Assembly (NCBI GenBank): GCA_965223845.1
Contig: CBDCXR010000004.1
Span: 2,208,001 to 2,272,000, forward strand
DNA length: 64,000 nt
Reading direction: 5' to 3'
Source of the DNA: Planctomycetota bacterium
GTDB lineage: Bacteria > Planctomycetota > UBA8108 > SXIK01
A program made the position numbers and the translations under genes. Positions 20,601-28,729 of this stretch are shown piece after piece. The notes beneath the pieces were generated by a model, which was not told the DNA's origin, did no database searches, and worked only from the letters and a program-made list of their open reading frames with translations. Each line of letters starts with the position of its first letter. Position 1 is the stretch's first letter.

Positions 20601-23333
20601 AGCATCGACACGCGCGACCTCCTCCGGCGTCCCGGTCGCCACGACGCTCCCGCCGCGATCGCCCGCACCGGGTCCGAGATCGATCACGTGATCGGCGACC
20701 TTGATGACGTCCAGATTGTGCTCGATCACGATCACCGAGTTCTTGCGGTCGACGAGCGCCTGAAGCGCGTCGAGAAGTCGCTGGATATCCTCGAAGTGAA
20801 GCCCCGTCGTCGGCTCATCGAGAACGTAGAGAGTCCGGCCGGTGGCGCGACGACGGAGTTCGGCGGCGAGCTTGATTCGCTGCGCTTCTCCGCCCGAGAG
20901 CGTCGTCGCCGGCTGGCCGAGTTGAACGTAATCGAGTCCGACGGCGCGCAAGGGCTCGAGTGCGCGTCGGATCTTCGGGTGGTCGGCGAAGAATTCGAGT
21001 GCCTCGGCGATCGTGAGCGACAGAACGTCCGCGATCGATTTCCCGCGGTAGAGAATCTCGAGCGTCTCTCGGTTGTAGCGCCGGCCGGCGCAGGCATCGC
21101 ACTCGATCTCGACCGAGGCGAGGAGCTGGAGATCGGCGACCTGCACTCCCGCGCCGCCGCACTCGAGACAGCGTCCGCCGTCCTTGTTGAAACTGAACCG
21201 CCCGGCCTTGTATCCGCGCGCGCGCGCTTCCGGAACGAGGGCGAAGAGGTCGCGAATGAGTCCGAACGCCTTCACGTAGGTCGCGGGATTCGAACGAGGA
21301 CTGCGCCCGATCGGCGCTTGATCGATGAGAATCACCTTGTCGATGTTCGAGTAGCCCTTGAGCGAACGGTGCCGCCCGATCGTAGTTCGCGAACCGAGGC
21401 GCGCACGGAGTGCGCGATGGAGGATCCCGAGCACGAGCGAGCTCTTGCCCGAACCGGACACGCCGGTGACGGCGACGAAGCGCTCGAGCGGAATGGTGAC
21501 GTCGATCTCGCGAAGATTGTTCTCGGCGGCGCCGTAGATCTCGAGGCTGGCTTCTGAAGGACCGCGACGATCGCTCGGGATCGGGATCTCCGCCTCGCCG
21601 GAGAGGTACCGCCCCGTGATCGAACGCGCCTCGGCGGCGACGGTCTCGAAGGTGCCCGCCGCCACGATCTCGCCGCCCCCCCGTCCCGCACCCGGGCCGA
21701 CGTCGACGAGGTGGTCCGCGCGCGCCATGGTGTCCCGGTCGTGCTCGACGACGATGAGAGTGTTTCCGAGGTCGCGCAGCGCACCGAGGGTCTCGAGCAA
21801 GCGCTCATGATCGCGCGGGTGAAGTCCGATCGACGGTTCGTCTAGGACGTAAAGGACTCCTTGGAGTCCCGCACCGAGCTGGCTCGCGAGTCGGAGGCGC
21901 TGACTTTCGCCGCCCGAGAGCGTCGCGGCGCGACGGCTCGTGCTCAGGTACCCGAGGCCGACATCCCGAAGGTAGCGGAGGCGAACGGCGAGGTCGCGCC
22001 GGATCGGCGCGGCGATCGCGGACGCGGTCTCGTCGAGCTCGAGCCCGGCGAGCCACGACTCGAGCTCGCTGAGCGGGAGTCCGCTGACATTGGTGATCGT
22101 GCGGCCGGAGACACGGACGGAGCGAGCCGCCGGCGCGAGCCGTTCCCCGTCGCACGACTCGCAGTCGAGAACGCGCGCGTAGGGGGACACCCACTTGTCA
22201 CCGGCGTCGAGCGCCTGAGTGAGCACCGGCACCCAGCCGCGATAGTCGATACCGTCGCCGTGGAGAACGGCGCGGCGCGCGTCCTCGTCGAGGTCACTCC
22301 AACTCGAGCGGATGGTAAACCCGAGTCGCTCACCGAGACGTGCGAAGCCGGCGTCATCCAGATCGCGATTCGCGAAGACACCGCGCCGAGTCATGAAGTC
22401 GAGGCCGCCGTTCGCGAAAGGAAGCGACGGATTGGCGACGAGCGCGTCGGGATCGATCCTCTCGACGCGACCGAGCCCGTCACAGCCGGGACATTTTCCG
22501 TGCGCGGAGTTGAACGAGAAGAGTCGCGGCTCGAGCTCGGGTAGATCGATGCCGCAGTCGGGACACGCGTAGCGGCTCGAGTACGTCTCGACGAGACGCG
22601 GAGCTCCCGAGTCGTCGAGCTCGTGAATCGCGACTCGCCCGTCGCCGATCGCGATGCAGTTCTCGACCGCTTCCGCAAGGCGCGCGCGCGTATCCCCACC
22701 GACGACGAGTCGATCGTAGACGATATCGATCGAATGACGACTCCGGCCGTCGATGTCGAGCGGCGCATCCGACATCGTCACGAGCTCGCCGTCGAGGATC
22801 AGCCGGCGGAGCCCGTCGCGCCGGAGCGCTTCGAGCTCGCTTCGATGCTCGCCGCGCCGATCGCGCACGAGCGGCGCGCAAACGAGCACGCGACGGCCTG
22901 GCGCCGCGTGAAGTAAGCGGAGCACGATCTGATCCGGCCCTTGGCTCGAGACCGGACGCTCGCACCGCGGGCAGTGCGGCTCTCCGGCGCGCGCGTAGAG
23001 GAGGCGCAGGTAGTCGTACACCTCGGTGATCGTGCCGACGGTCGAGCGCGGATTCCGGCTCACCGTCTTCTGGTCGATGGACACCGCCGGCGACAGGCCC
23101 TCGATCCACTCGACGTCGGGTCGCTCCATCGCGTCGAGAAAGTAGCGGGCGTACGCCGGGAGCGATTCGAGGAAGCGCCGCTGCCCCTCCCGGAAGATCG
23201 TATCGAAGGCGAGGCTCGACTTTCCGGATCCGCTCACACCGGTGAACACGTTCAGCGCCTGCCGAGGCAGATCGACCGAAACGTGCTTCAAGTTGTGCTC
23301 AGACGCTCCGCGGACGCGGATCCACTCGGTCAT
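17598..23333 (-). CDS. uvrA: excinuclease ABC subunit A, tandem-fused (two UvrA units, 1911 aa)
   Basis: Two copies of 'GASEHNLK...GVSGSGKS/TSLA.DTIF.EGQRR..ESL', four Walker A motifs, four 'LSGGE' signatures, and zinc fingers in both halves. Confidence 0.97.
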   Translation of the reverse strand: MTEWIRVRGASEHNLKHVSVDLPRQALNVFTGVSGSGKSSLAFDTIFREGQRRFLESLPAYARYFLDAMERPDVEWIEGLSPAVSIDQKTVSRNPRSTVGTITEVYDYLRLLYARAGEPHCPRCERPVSSQGPDQIVLRLLHAAPGRRVLVCAPLVRDRRGEHRSELEALRRDGLRRLILDGELVTMSDAPLDIDGRSRHSIDIVYDRLVVGGDTRARLAEAVENCIAIGDGRVAIHELDDSGAPRLVETYSSRYACPDCGIDLPELEPRLFSFNSAHGKCPGCDGLGRVERIDPDALVANPSLPFANGGLDFMTRRGVFANRDLDDAGFARLGERLGFTIRSSWSDLDEDARRAVLHGDGIDYRGWVPVLTQALDAGDKWVSPYARVLDCESCDGERLAPAARSVRVSGRTITNVSGLPLSELESWLAGLELDETASAIAAPIRRDLAVRLRYLRDVGLGYLSTSRRAATLSGGESQRLRLASQLGAGLQGVLYVLDEPSIGLHPRDHERLLETLGALRDLGNTLIVVEHDRDTMARADHLVDVGPGAGRGGGEIVAAGTFETVAAEARSITGRYLSGEAEIPIPSDRRGPSEASLEIYGAAENNLREIDVTIPLERFVAVTGVSGSGKSSLVLGILHRALRARLGSRTTIGRHRSLKGYSNIDKVILIDQAPIGRSPRSNPATYVKAFGLIRDLFALVPEARARGYKAGRFSFNKDGGRCLECGGAGVQVADLQLLASVEIECDACAGRRYNRETLEILYRGKSIADVLSLTIAEALEFFADHPKIRRALEPLRAVGLDYVQLGQPATTLSGGEAQRIKLAAELRRRATGRTLYVLDEPTTGLHFEDIQRLLDALQALVDRKNSVIVIEHNLDVIKVADHVIDLGPGAGDRGGSVVATGTPEEVARVDASHTGAYLRAVLSGDESRAAKKRGLTTENAPPAEGLAGDLVVTGASEHNLKGVDVTIPRGRLTVVTGVSGSGKTSLALDTIFAEGQRRYIESLSTYARRFLGQMHSPAIERIQGLSPAIAIDQQSVRANPRSTVATITEIYDFVRILFARIGTPECPDCAEALDWTSPTRLAATLVEEEGGERLYVLAPTSGWDDGAESGGQLDDVRRWITVLVKSGFTRVIAGGEEVRLDEEGDRPARRLLAAVRSDAEREGGASTDPLCIVVDRVVAGERAQSRLASSLESAFEHGRGRAAVRVGDRAPAMYTTVPTCRRCGFVLEREVTPRSFSFNSHQGCCERCGGLGRENRVDPDRAVPWGTKTLPDALDPVYSKFLEHFRPAVLRALRAILEARDLTQVSFAEYSHADRAAVLYGEGTETVSLPIESGSVVDVTWEGLVGSLERWERLGTLGDAASALRGLFVEGVCSACGGGRLRPEFLAVRIRGKNVWDFTAMTISDAREFLSALELSPRDAKVVEQVLDELRGRLRFLADVGLDYLTLDRTADTLSGGEAQRIRLASQLGSRLSGVLYVLDEPTVGLHPADTERLLATLEELRSLGNTVLVVEHDADVMRRADHLIELGPGAGYRGGEVVAAGTPDDVIRDASSSTARFLRAEESAVRRVERGPAEAQFSIRGARLHNLRDVSIDIPRQRFTVVAGVSGSGKSSLVLDVFAASVARNLPRPETGGARVDGLEGILRLCVVDQNPIGRSPRSNPATYTGVWDRVREFYAGLPLARVKGFNASRFSFNVPAGRCVACEGLGVRFIDMQFLSDVWVKCEVCRGKRYDSETLAVRYRGKSIGDVLDLEVDEAAELFSEHPACRRILGCLQEVGLGYVKLGQPATTLSGGEAQRVKLAAELSNRSRREGVFVLDEPTTGLHFEDVRALLDVLQALVDRGQTVVVIEHNLDVIASADWVIDLGPGAGEEGGRIVAYGPPAEIARSEGSRTGECLRRVFDAAAARSGAP

Positions 23334-23590
23334 GCTGGCGATTCGACTCTCCTACGACTCACCGCCCGTCCACTCCGATTTCGCCCCCGTCGCGGAGTCC
23401 GAGGGGGAGACTCGACCCATCTCGAGATTCTAACCCGGATTCGTTCCGAGGTTCGGTGAAGGGAATGATTGCGCGTTTCGACTCGCCCGAGCGAGCCGTC
23501 GACGTTGACGAAGGATTCACCGAAGACTCGAGACACAGAGGCCACCGGACGCGGCGCATCGCATCGCCGCTCGCTGCGCGTCGGATCGAC

Positions 23591-24682
23591 TCAACGTAAG
23601 ACCACCGAAGGAGAGGCTTCCCGCTCGTGCCGCGCGATCGCGTGCGCGATCAGTCCGGTGAAAAGCTCCTCGAGCGACAAGCCCGCGCGCGACGCCGCGA
23701 GCGGGACGAGCGATGTCTCGGTCATGCCCGGAAGCGTGTTCACCTCGAGAACGATCAGCTTTTCGGCCGACGTGACAAAGAGGTCGACCCGCGAGAGCGG
23801 AGCACAGCCGAACAGGCGGTGCGCGCGGACGCAAAGCTCCTCCACCGCGGCCGTGCTCGCCGCGGAGATCGGTGCCGGGCAAAGCTCTTCGGTCGCGCCC
23901 GGCGTGTACTTGGCGTGGTAGTCGAAGAACTCGCGCTCGCGCGGGCGGAGCTCGATCGGCGGGAGCGCCCGGGCCCGATCGTCGATCTCCACCACCGCGC
24001 AGCTCAGCTCGCGTCCCTCGACGAGCGACTCGACGAGGATCGCGTCTCCGTTCGCGGTGGTCGGCCAGCTCGCGACGAGCTCGTCCGCCCCGTCGAGGAG
24101 CTCGCTGGGAGTCGCGAAGACACCGATCCCGACGCTCGAGCCGAGCCGATTCGGCTTGAGCACCCAGGGGAAGGGAACCTGAGCGGCGAAGCCGCGCACC
24201 CGATCCTCCCAATCGAGCGCGACCCGCTCGTACGGAGGAATGACGAACCAGGGTGGAGTCGGAATCCCTGCGGACTCCATCGCCCTCTTCGACAGCGCCT
24301 TATCCATCGTCACCGCCGCGGCGACGCCTTCGGGACCCGTCACGGGGAGGCCGGCGATCCGAAGGAAGCCCTGAATCGTACCGTCTTCTCCGATCGGACC
24401 GTGGAGCGCGTTGAAGACGACCTCGACGCCCTCCTCACTCAGTCGCGCCGCTCCCGCGAGCGCCTCGCACCTCGGGTGGTCCTGCCACGAACCGTCTCCG
24501 ATCGAGTCGAAACCACCCGGCACGACCCACGACCCGTCGGCGCAGATCTCGACCGGCTTGACGTCGCAGCTCGGCTCGAGTCGTCTCGCGACCGTCGCGC
24601 CGGTCGCCATCGACACCTCGCGCTCTCCGGACGGTCCACCCATGAGCACGCTCACACGGAAGCGTCGTTCCGGAGTCGCCAT
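23591..24682 (-). CDS. ddl: D-alanine--D-alanine ligase
   Basis: 'GGPSGEREVS', 'LHGPIGEDGTIQG', 'MDK', 'KPNRLGSSVG', omega loop 'FFDYHAKY', 'EVNTLPGMT'. Confidence 0.95.
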   Translation of the reverse strand: MATPERRFRVSVLMGGPSGEREVSMATGATVARRLEPSCDVKPVEICADGSWVVPGGFDSIGDGSWQDHPRCEALAGAARLSEEGVEVVFNALHGPIGEDGTIQGFLRIAGLPVTGPEGVAAAVTMDKALSKRAMESAGIPTPPWFVIPPYERVALDWEDRVRGFAAQVPFPWVLKPNRLGSSVGIGVFATPSELLDGADELVASWPTTANGDAILVESLVEGRELSCAVVEIDDRARALPPIELRPREREFFDYHAKYTPGATEELCPAPISAASTAAVEELCVRAHRLFGCAPLSRVDLFVTSAEKLIVLEVNTLPGMTETSLVPLAASRAGLSLEELFTGLIAHAIARHEREASPSVVLR

Positions 24683-24762
24683 CTCTTCGCTCCTCGAATC
24701 GTCTCTTCACCGTACCCGCGCCCCATCCCCGGCGGGACGCGCGGTTCCCGATTCGCGCGGCC

Positions 24763-25761
24763 TTACGTCTTCCTCTCGACGATATACCGGCCGATCGCAC
24801 GAAACGTGTCGCGCCCCTCCTCGGAGAGCGGCACATCGTCGATGATGCGATCGACCCTGTCGATGAGTTTTTGCGCCTCGCGCTCGGCGAACTCGAGCGC
24901 GCCCGTCCGCCGGTAGAACTCGATCGCCCACTCGATGTCGGACGCCGTCGTCTCTTCCCGAGGCTTGACGAGTATCGAACGCAGACGATCGCGCTCCTCA
25001 CCGGCTCCGCAGCTTCCGTCGAGAATGTACGCGTAGAAAATGCTCGGCTTTCCCTCGCGCAGATCGCAGCCGATCTCTCCTCCGCGCCCTTTCCCTTCCG
25101 TGAGATCGAGATGATCGTCGCGGATTTGAAACGCCGGCCCGAGGCAGCGCCCGAGCTCCCAGAGCGGGCCGAGGACCTCGTCCTCGACGCCTGCGATCAC
25201 CGCCCCGCCGACCCAGGGAAGCGCGAGGTAAAACGCGGTCTTGAGCTGGACGATCCGGTAGTACGTCTCGAGCGTGACGTCCGGGTTGCCCCGGAGATTG
25301 ATATCGAGCGCCTGCCCTTCGACGGTGCGCTCGAAAGTTTCGGTGAAGCTGTCGAGAAGAGACACCACCCGCTCCGCCGCCACCGGGCTCGAGAGAATCA
25401 GCCGGTACGCCTTCGCGATCAGGTAGTCGCCGACGTTGATGCCGTTCGCGAGTCCGACCCGGCACCAGAGCGTCGGTTGATCCCGCCGCATGGTGTCGCC
25501 GTCTTCGATGTCGTCGTGTACGAGGAAGAAGTTGTGCAGCACTTCCGTCGCAAGCGCAAACGGCAGCGCATCTTGTGATTTCCCCCCGAACGCCTCGCAA
25601 CTGATCAGGCAGAGCGCGGGGCGGATCCGCTTTCCCCCGCTCTCGAACTGATACCAAACTCCTTCCGAGAGAAACGCCGCGCTGTCGCGAGGGATTTCAC
25701 TCTCGAGGAGAGACTCGACACTGGCTGCGTGCCGCCGGAGGAGGGGCTTCAAGTCCACCAT
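24763..25761 (-). CDS. short-chain trans-polyprenyl diphosphate synthase (FPP/GGPP synthase)
   Basis: 'GGKRIRP', FARM 'HNFFLVHDDIEDGD..RR', 'GQALD', 'KTA', SARM 'FQIRDDHLD', 'DLREGK'; start placed at ATG 25761. Confidence 0.93.
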   Translation of the reverse strand: MVDLKPLLRRHAASVESLLESEIPRDSAAFLSEGVWYQFESGGKRIRPALCLISCEAFGGKSQDALPFALATEVLHNFFLVHDDIEDGDTMRRDQPTLWCRVGLANGINVGDYLIAKAYRLILSSPVAAERVVSLLDSFTETFERTVEGQALDINLRGNPDVTLETYYRIVQLKTAFYLALPWVGGAVIAGVEDEVLGPLWELGRCLGPAFQIRDDHLDLTEGKGRGGEIGCDLREGKPSIFYAYILDGSCGAGEERDRLRSILVKPREETTASDIEWAIEFYRRTGALEFAEREAQKLIDRVDRIIDDVPLSEEGRDTFRAIGRYIVERKT

Positions 25762-25768
25762 GGCCGGC

Positions 25769-25796
25769 ATTGTAGTGGGGTGGCAGGGACTGTCAA
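25769..25796 (-). promoter_or_regulatory. sigma70-type promoter TTGACA-N16-TACAAT for the polyprenyl synthase (leaderless geometry)
   Basis: Near-consensus hexamers read directly; ATG lies 7 nt past the -10 box. Confidence 0.7.
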
Positions 25797-25813
25797 CGCG
25801 CCCGAGGGCCTGG

Positions 25814-25841
25814 TTGACGGCCCGCTAACCACCCGTAGAAT
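25814..25841 (+). promoter_or_regulatory. sigma70-type promoter TTGACG-N16-TAGAAT, back-to-back with the previous one
   Basis: Near-consensus hexamers read directly. Confidence 0.65.
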
Positions 25842-26128
25842 ATACCTTTGAACGAGGTGAGAAGCGTGAGTGGGTCTCCGTCCGAGACCGCCGCCGGTCT
25901 CGACGAGAGGGGATTCGACTCGAGAATGGCGCCGGAGAAGCTCGGCGTGAATCATCTTCTCGCCGGCCCTTCCGGATGTGTCTCGATCCGAGCCCTCAGC
26001 GTTTAGCGGATACACGAAAGCGAGTTCGGCTGACCGATGCGCGCCTTCTCGGGCGAGTCGATCAACTGAACCGCCGCGTGGTTTGACTTGGCTGCGGCCT
26101 GTTCTTCATTGCGGTCCGACGTGACTCC

Positions 26129-27592
26129 ATGCGAGTTCGCAGACTGACTCGATCCTTCGCGGAGCAGGTGGGAACCCGGTCGACTCGACTCGGTCGATCG
26201 AGCCCGCGTCGCGTCGTCGATATCGCTTCGGCGCGTCCCCGCGCGCGAGCCGCGCTCATGTCGGTGTTCGCGGCACTCGCGATCGGCCTGGCGTTCCCGT
26301 CGGCGGCGAACGCATTCGAGATCGAAGTGTCGCGCTTGACTCAGCGCGCCATCCGCATCGAACACGTCCGAGCGTCACGCCACGCGGACGAGATCATCGT
26401 CCCGATCCACGGCATCGAACCGGGTCACGCCGACGGTGTCGCGCTCACGATCGGATTCGATCCGTCGGTGCTCGTCTTTCGCGGGATCGTCGCCTCGGAC
26501 CTCTGGCCCACGCGCCAGATCGTCCTTCTCAATCAGAATCGGATCAAGCTGGTCGCGGAACGCTACGGCGGTCGGTCGGCACCGAACCCCGGCTCGGACG
26601 ACGTTCATCTCGTCTCGCTTCGCTTCGCGATCTCCCCTCGGCTCGACACGACGATCGAAGACGCTCTCGATGCCGACGTCTACCGCACGCCTCTGACCCT
26701 CGGCGGCGACGCGGAGGAGTCCTACTTTTACGCGTTCCGGGGCGTCAAGCGCGCAAAGCCTCTCGACCACCTGACGACAGCGCTTCGAACGGAGCGACTC
26801 GACGGCAGCGTGGCCGTTCATCTGCGCGACTCGGTCGAGCTCGGTTCCGGCATGGTGAGCCCCACCGCGCAGGAGATTGCCCTTCCCCTCTACCTGACTC
26901 AGCTCAAGCCGCAGGACGGGCCGCTCTTCGTCACGGTCGACTACGACCAGATCTTCTCCCGCTTCGACCGCGCCCTCTCGGTTCGTCCCCGCCTTGTCGG
27001 CGAGGCGTCCATCGGCGAGGAGACGGGACGAGTCACGCTCGTCTTCCACCTCGACGCCGAGGAGAGTGCGACCGGAGGGGTACGACCCATTCTCCGCGAG
27101 GCGATCGCGACGCTCTACTTCAAGTACTTCGGCAACACTCCGGAGTCCGGTTCGCTCGAATTCCAGGCAGCGCTTCTCGGTGACGAGGAGGGGCTCGACG
27201 ATGCCGCGAAGGGAGTCGCCGGCGGGCGCGTCGTTGTCTCGATGCGTCACTCGCAGGTGTACGTCCTCTCCCCGTACTACGTCCGCGGAAACGTCGATGC
27301 GAGCGATCCCCTCGGACCGGATGGCCGATTCCGCTCACCGCTCCGGCTCGTCGACGCGACGATGATCCTCGAGTACCTCACCGGCGGACTCTCCGCGCTC
27401 CCCTGCGCCGCTGCGGCGGACGTCAACGCGAGCGGCGGCGTCGACGTGTCCGATGCGGTTCATCTCCTCACGCATCTCTTCGCGCGTGGAGCGGCTCCGG
27501 CGGCGCCGTACCCGGAGCCGGGCTGGCTCGCCGACGAAGAAACCGACCTCGAGTGCGAGAATTCACTCTCGTACTACTCGCTCATCGACTAG
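26129..27592 (+). CDS. secreted protein with cohesin/Ig-like beta domains and a C-terminal dockerin-like (EF-hand) repeat; start may be ATG 26258
   Basis: Signal ending 'ANA'; 'LTIGFDPSVLVF' cohesin-like strand; C-terminus 'YVRGNVD...DATMILEYL...CAAAADVNASGGVDVSDAVHLLTHLF..G..P..PYP'. Confidence 0.7.
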   Translation: MRVRRLTRSFAEQVGTRSTRLGRSSPRRVVDIASARPRARAALMSVFAALAIGLAFPSAANAFEIEVSRLTQRAIRIEHVRASRHADEIIVPIHGIEPGHADGVALTIGFDPSVLVFRGIVASDLWPTRQIVLLNQNRIKLVAERYGGRSAPNPGSDDVHLVSLRFAISPRLDTTIEDALDADVYRTPLTLGGDAEESYFYAFRGVKRAKPLDHLTTALRTERLDGSVAVHLRDSVELGSGMVSPTAQEIALPLYLTQLKPQDGPLFVTVDYDQIFSRFDRALSVRPRLVGEASIGEETGRVTLVFHLDAEESATGGVRPILREAIATLYFKYFGNTPESGSLEFQAALLGDEEGLDDAAKGVAGGRVVVSMRHSQVYVLSPYYVRGNVDASDPLGPDGRFRSPLRLVDATMILEYLTGGLSALPCAAAADVNASGGVDVSDAVHLLTHLFARGAAPAAPYPEPGWLADEETDLECENSLSYYSLID

Positions 27593-27694
27593 GGCGAGCC
27601 GAGAAGCTCCGTCGCACGCCTCCGGACGGCCGCATCCGATCAATCCTGCATCGAGTTTCGGCTGAAGCGGCCCGCTCCATGCGCGTCTCGGGCG

Positions 27695-28438
27695 TTACTC
27701 GAGAATCTGCTCGAGTCCGTAGTACAGGCGGTCGAGTCCGACGACCTTCCGAACCGCGAGCACGACGCCCGGCATGAACGATTCGCGGTGGAGCGAATCG
27801 TGGCGAATCGACAGCGACTGACCGGTCCCTCCGAAGAGGACCTCCTCGTGCGCGACGTAACCCGGTAGCCGCACGCTGTGGACCGGGACGCCCAGGTACC
27901 GGCCGCCGCGGGCGCCGTCGATCGTTTCCCGCTCGTCCGGATTCCGCGGCGCCTCGACGTCCGTTGCCGCTCGAATGAGCTCGATCGTCTTCAGCGCCGT
28001 TCCGGACGGCGCGTCGAGTTTTTTGTCGTGGTGCAGCTCGATGACTTCGACCGAGGGGAAGTACTTAGCTGCCTCCGCGGCGAACTTCATGAGGAGCACG
28101 GCTCCGATCGCGAAATTCGGTGCGATCAGGCCGCCCAGGCGACGTTCGGCGCTCATGCGCTCGAGGGTCGCGATATCCTCCTGGGTGAATCCGGTCGTGC
28201 CGATCACCGGATGAACGCCCGCTGTGATGATCGCGCGCGCGTTCGCCATCGCCGAGTCCGGCTGCGTAAAGTCGACGACGACCCGCGCTCGCGTCGATGC
28301 GATCGCCGCGGAAAGGTCATCGCCGAGGTCGATGGCGCCGGCGAGATCGAGTCCGTCGGCCTCTTCCACCGCACGAACGACCTCCGTCCCCATCCGGCCC
28401 TTCGCTCCACTCACTAGCACTCGAATCGCGTTGCTCAT
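27695..28438 (-). CDS. dapB: 4-hydroxy-tetrahydrodipicolinate reductase
   Basis: 'GAKGRMG', 'VDFT', 'IGTTG', 'APNFAIG', 'ELHHDKKLDAPSGTA', 'HSVRLPG'. Confidence 0.97.
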   Translation of the reverse strand: MSNAIRVLVSGAKGRMGTEVVRAVEEADGLDLAGAIDLGDDLSAAIASTRARVVVDFTQPDSAMANARAIITAGVHPVIGTTGFTQEDIATLERMSAERRLGGLIAPNFAIGAVLLMKFAAEAAKYFPSVEVIELHHDKKLDAPSGTALKTIELIRAATDVEAPRNPDERETIDGARGGRYLGVPVHSVRLPGYVAHEEVLFGGTGQSLSIRHDSLHRESFMPGVVLAVRKVVGLDRLYYGLEQILE

Positions 28439-28501
28439 GAGGCCAACTCTCCGGTCGCGGCGTCATCGGTTCCGCACGCGGTGCGCCGCGCGCGGCCGAC
28501 G

Positions 28502-28510
28502 ATCATACCA
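28502..28510 (-). promoter_or_regulatory. extended -10 element (TGGTATGAT) upstream of dapB
   Basis: TG-n-TATGAT about 65 nt upstream of the dapB start. Confidence 0.5.
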
Positions 28511-28565
28511 GCGGCGCACGTCGAGTCACGCGCGAACCACCGTTCGGCCCTCGGCCGCAAGACAA

Positions 28566-28729
28566 AAGTGAGAGAGGCCCCGCACGGAGGAGATTGCCCG
28601 ACCCACCGCTGAACCAAATGGCACCTCGCTAGTGAAAGGTAGAACCACTACGCAATGCTTCCCTTCGCAACCGAACGCCGACGATACGGTCGGCGCTGCC
28701 TCTCTGGCTCCGCGAGACCTCCCTCACTT
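28566..28729. ncRNA. candidate 6S-like rod-shaped non-coding RNA (strand unresolved)
   Basis: The two ends pair over about 18-22 bp (three G-U pairs on the minus strand); inner CCGACC/GGTCGG helix plus an alternative local hairpin CGCCGAC-N6-GTCGGCG; 164 nt, intergenic. Confidence 0.45.

Noticed and set aside
23430-23465. Possible LexA box upstream of uvrA (GAAC-N4-GAAC on the minus strand)
   Set aside because: It matches none of the SOS box geometries I know (GAAC-N4-GTTC, GAAC-N7-GAAC, CTGT-N8-ACAG)
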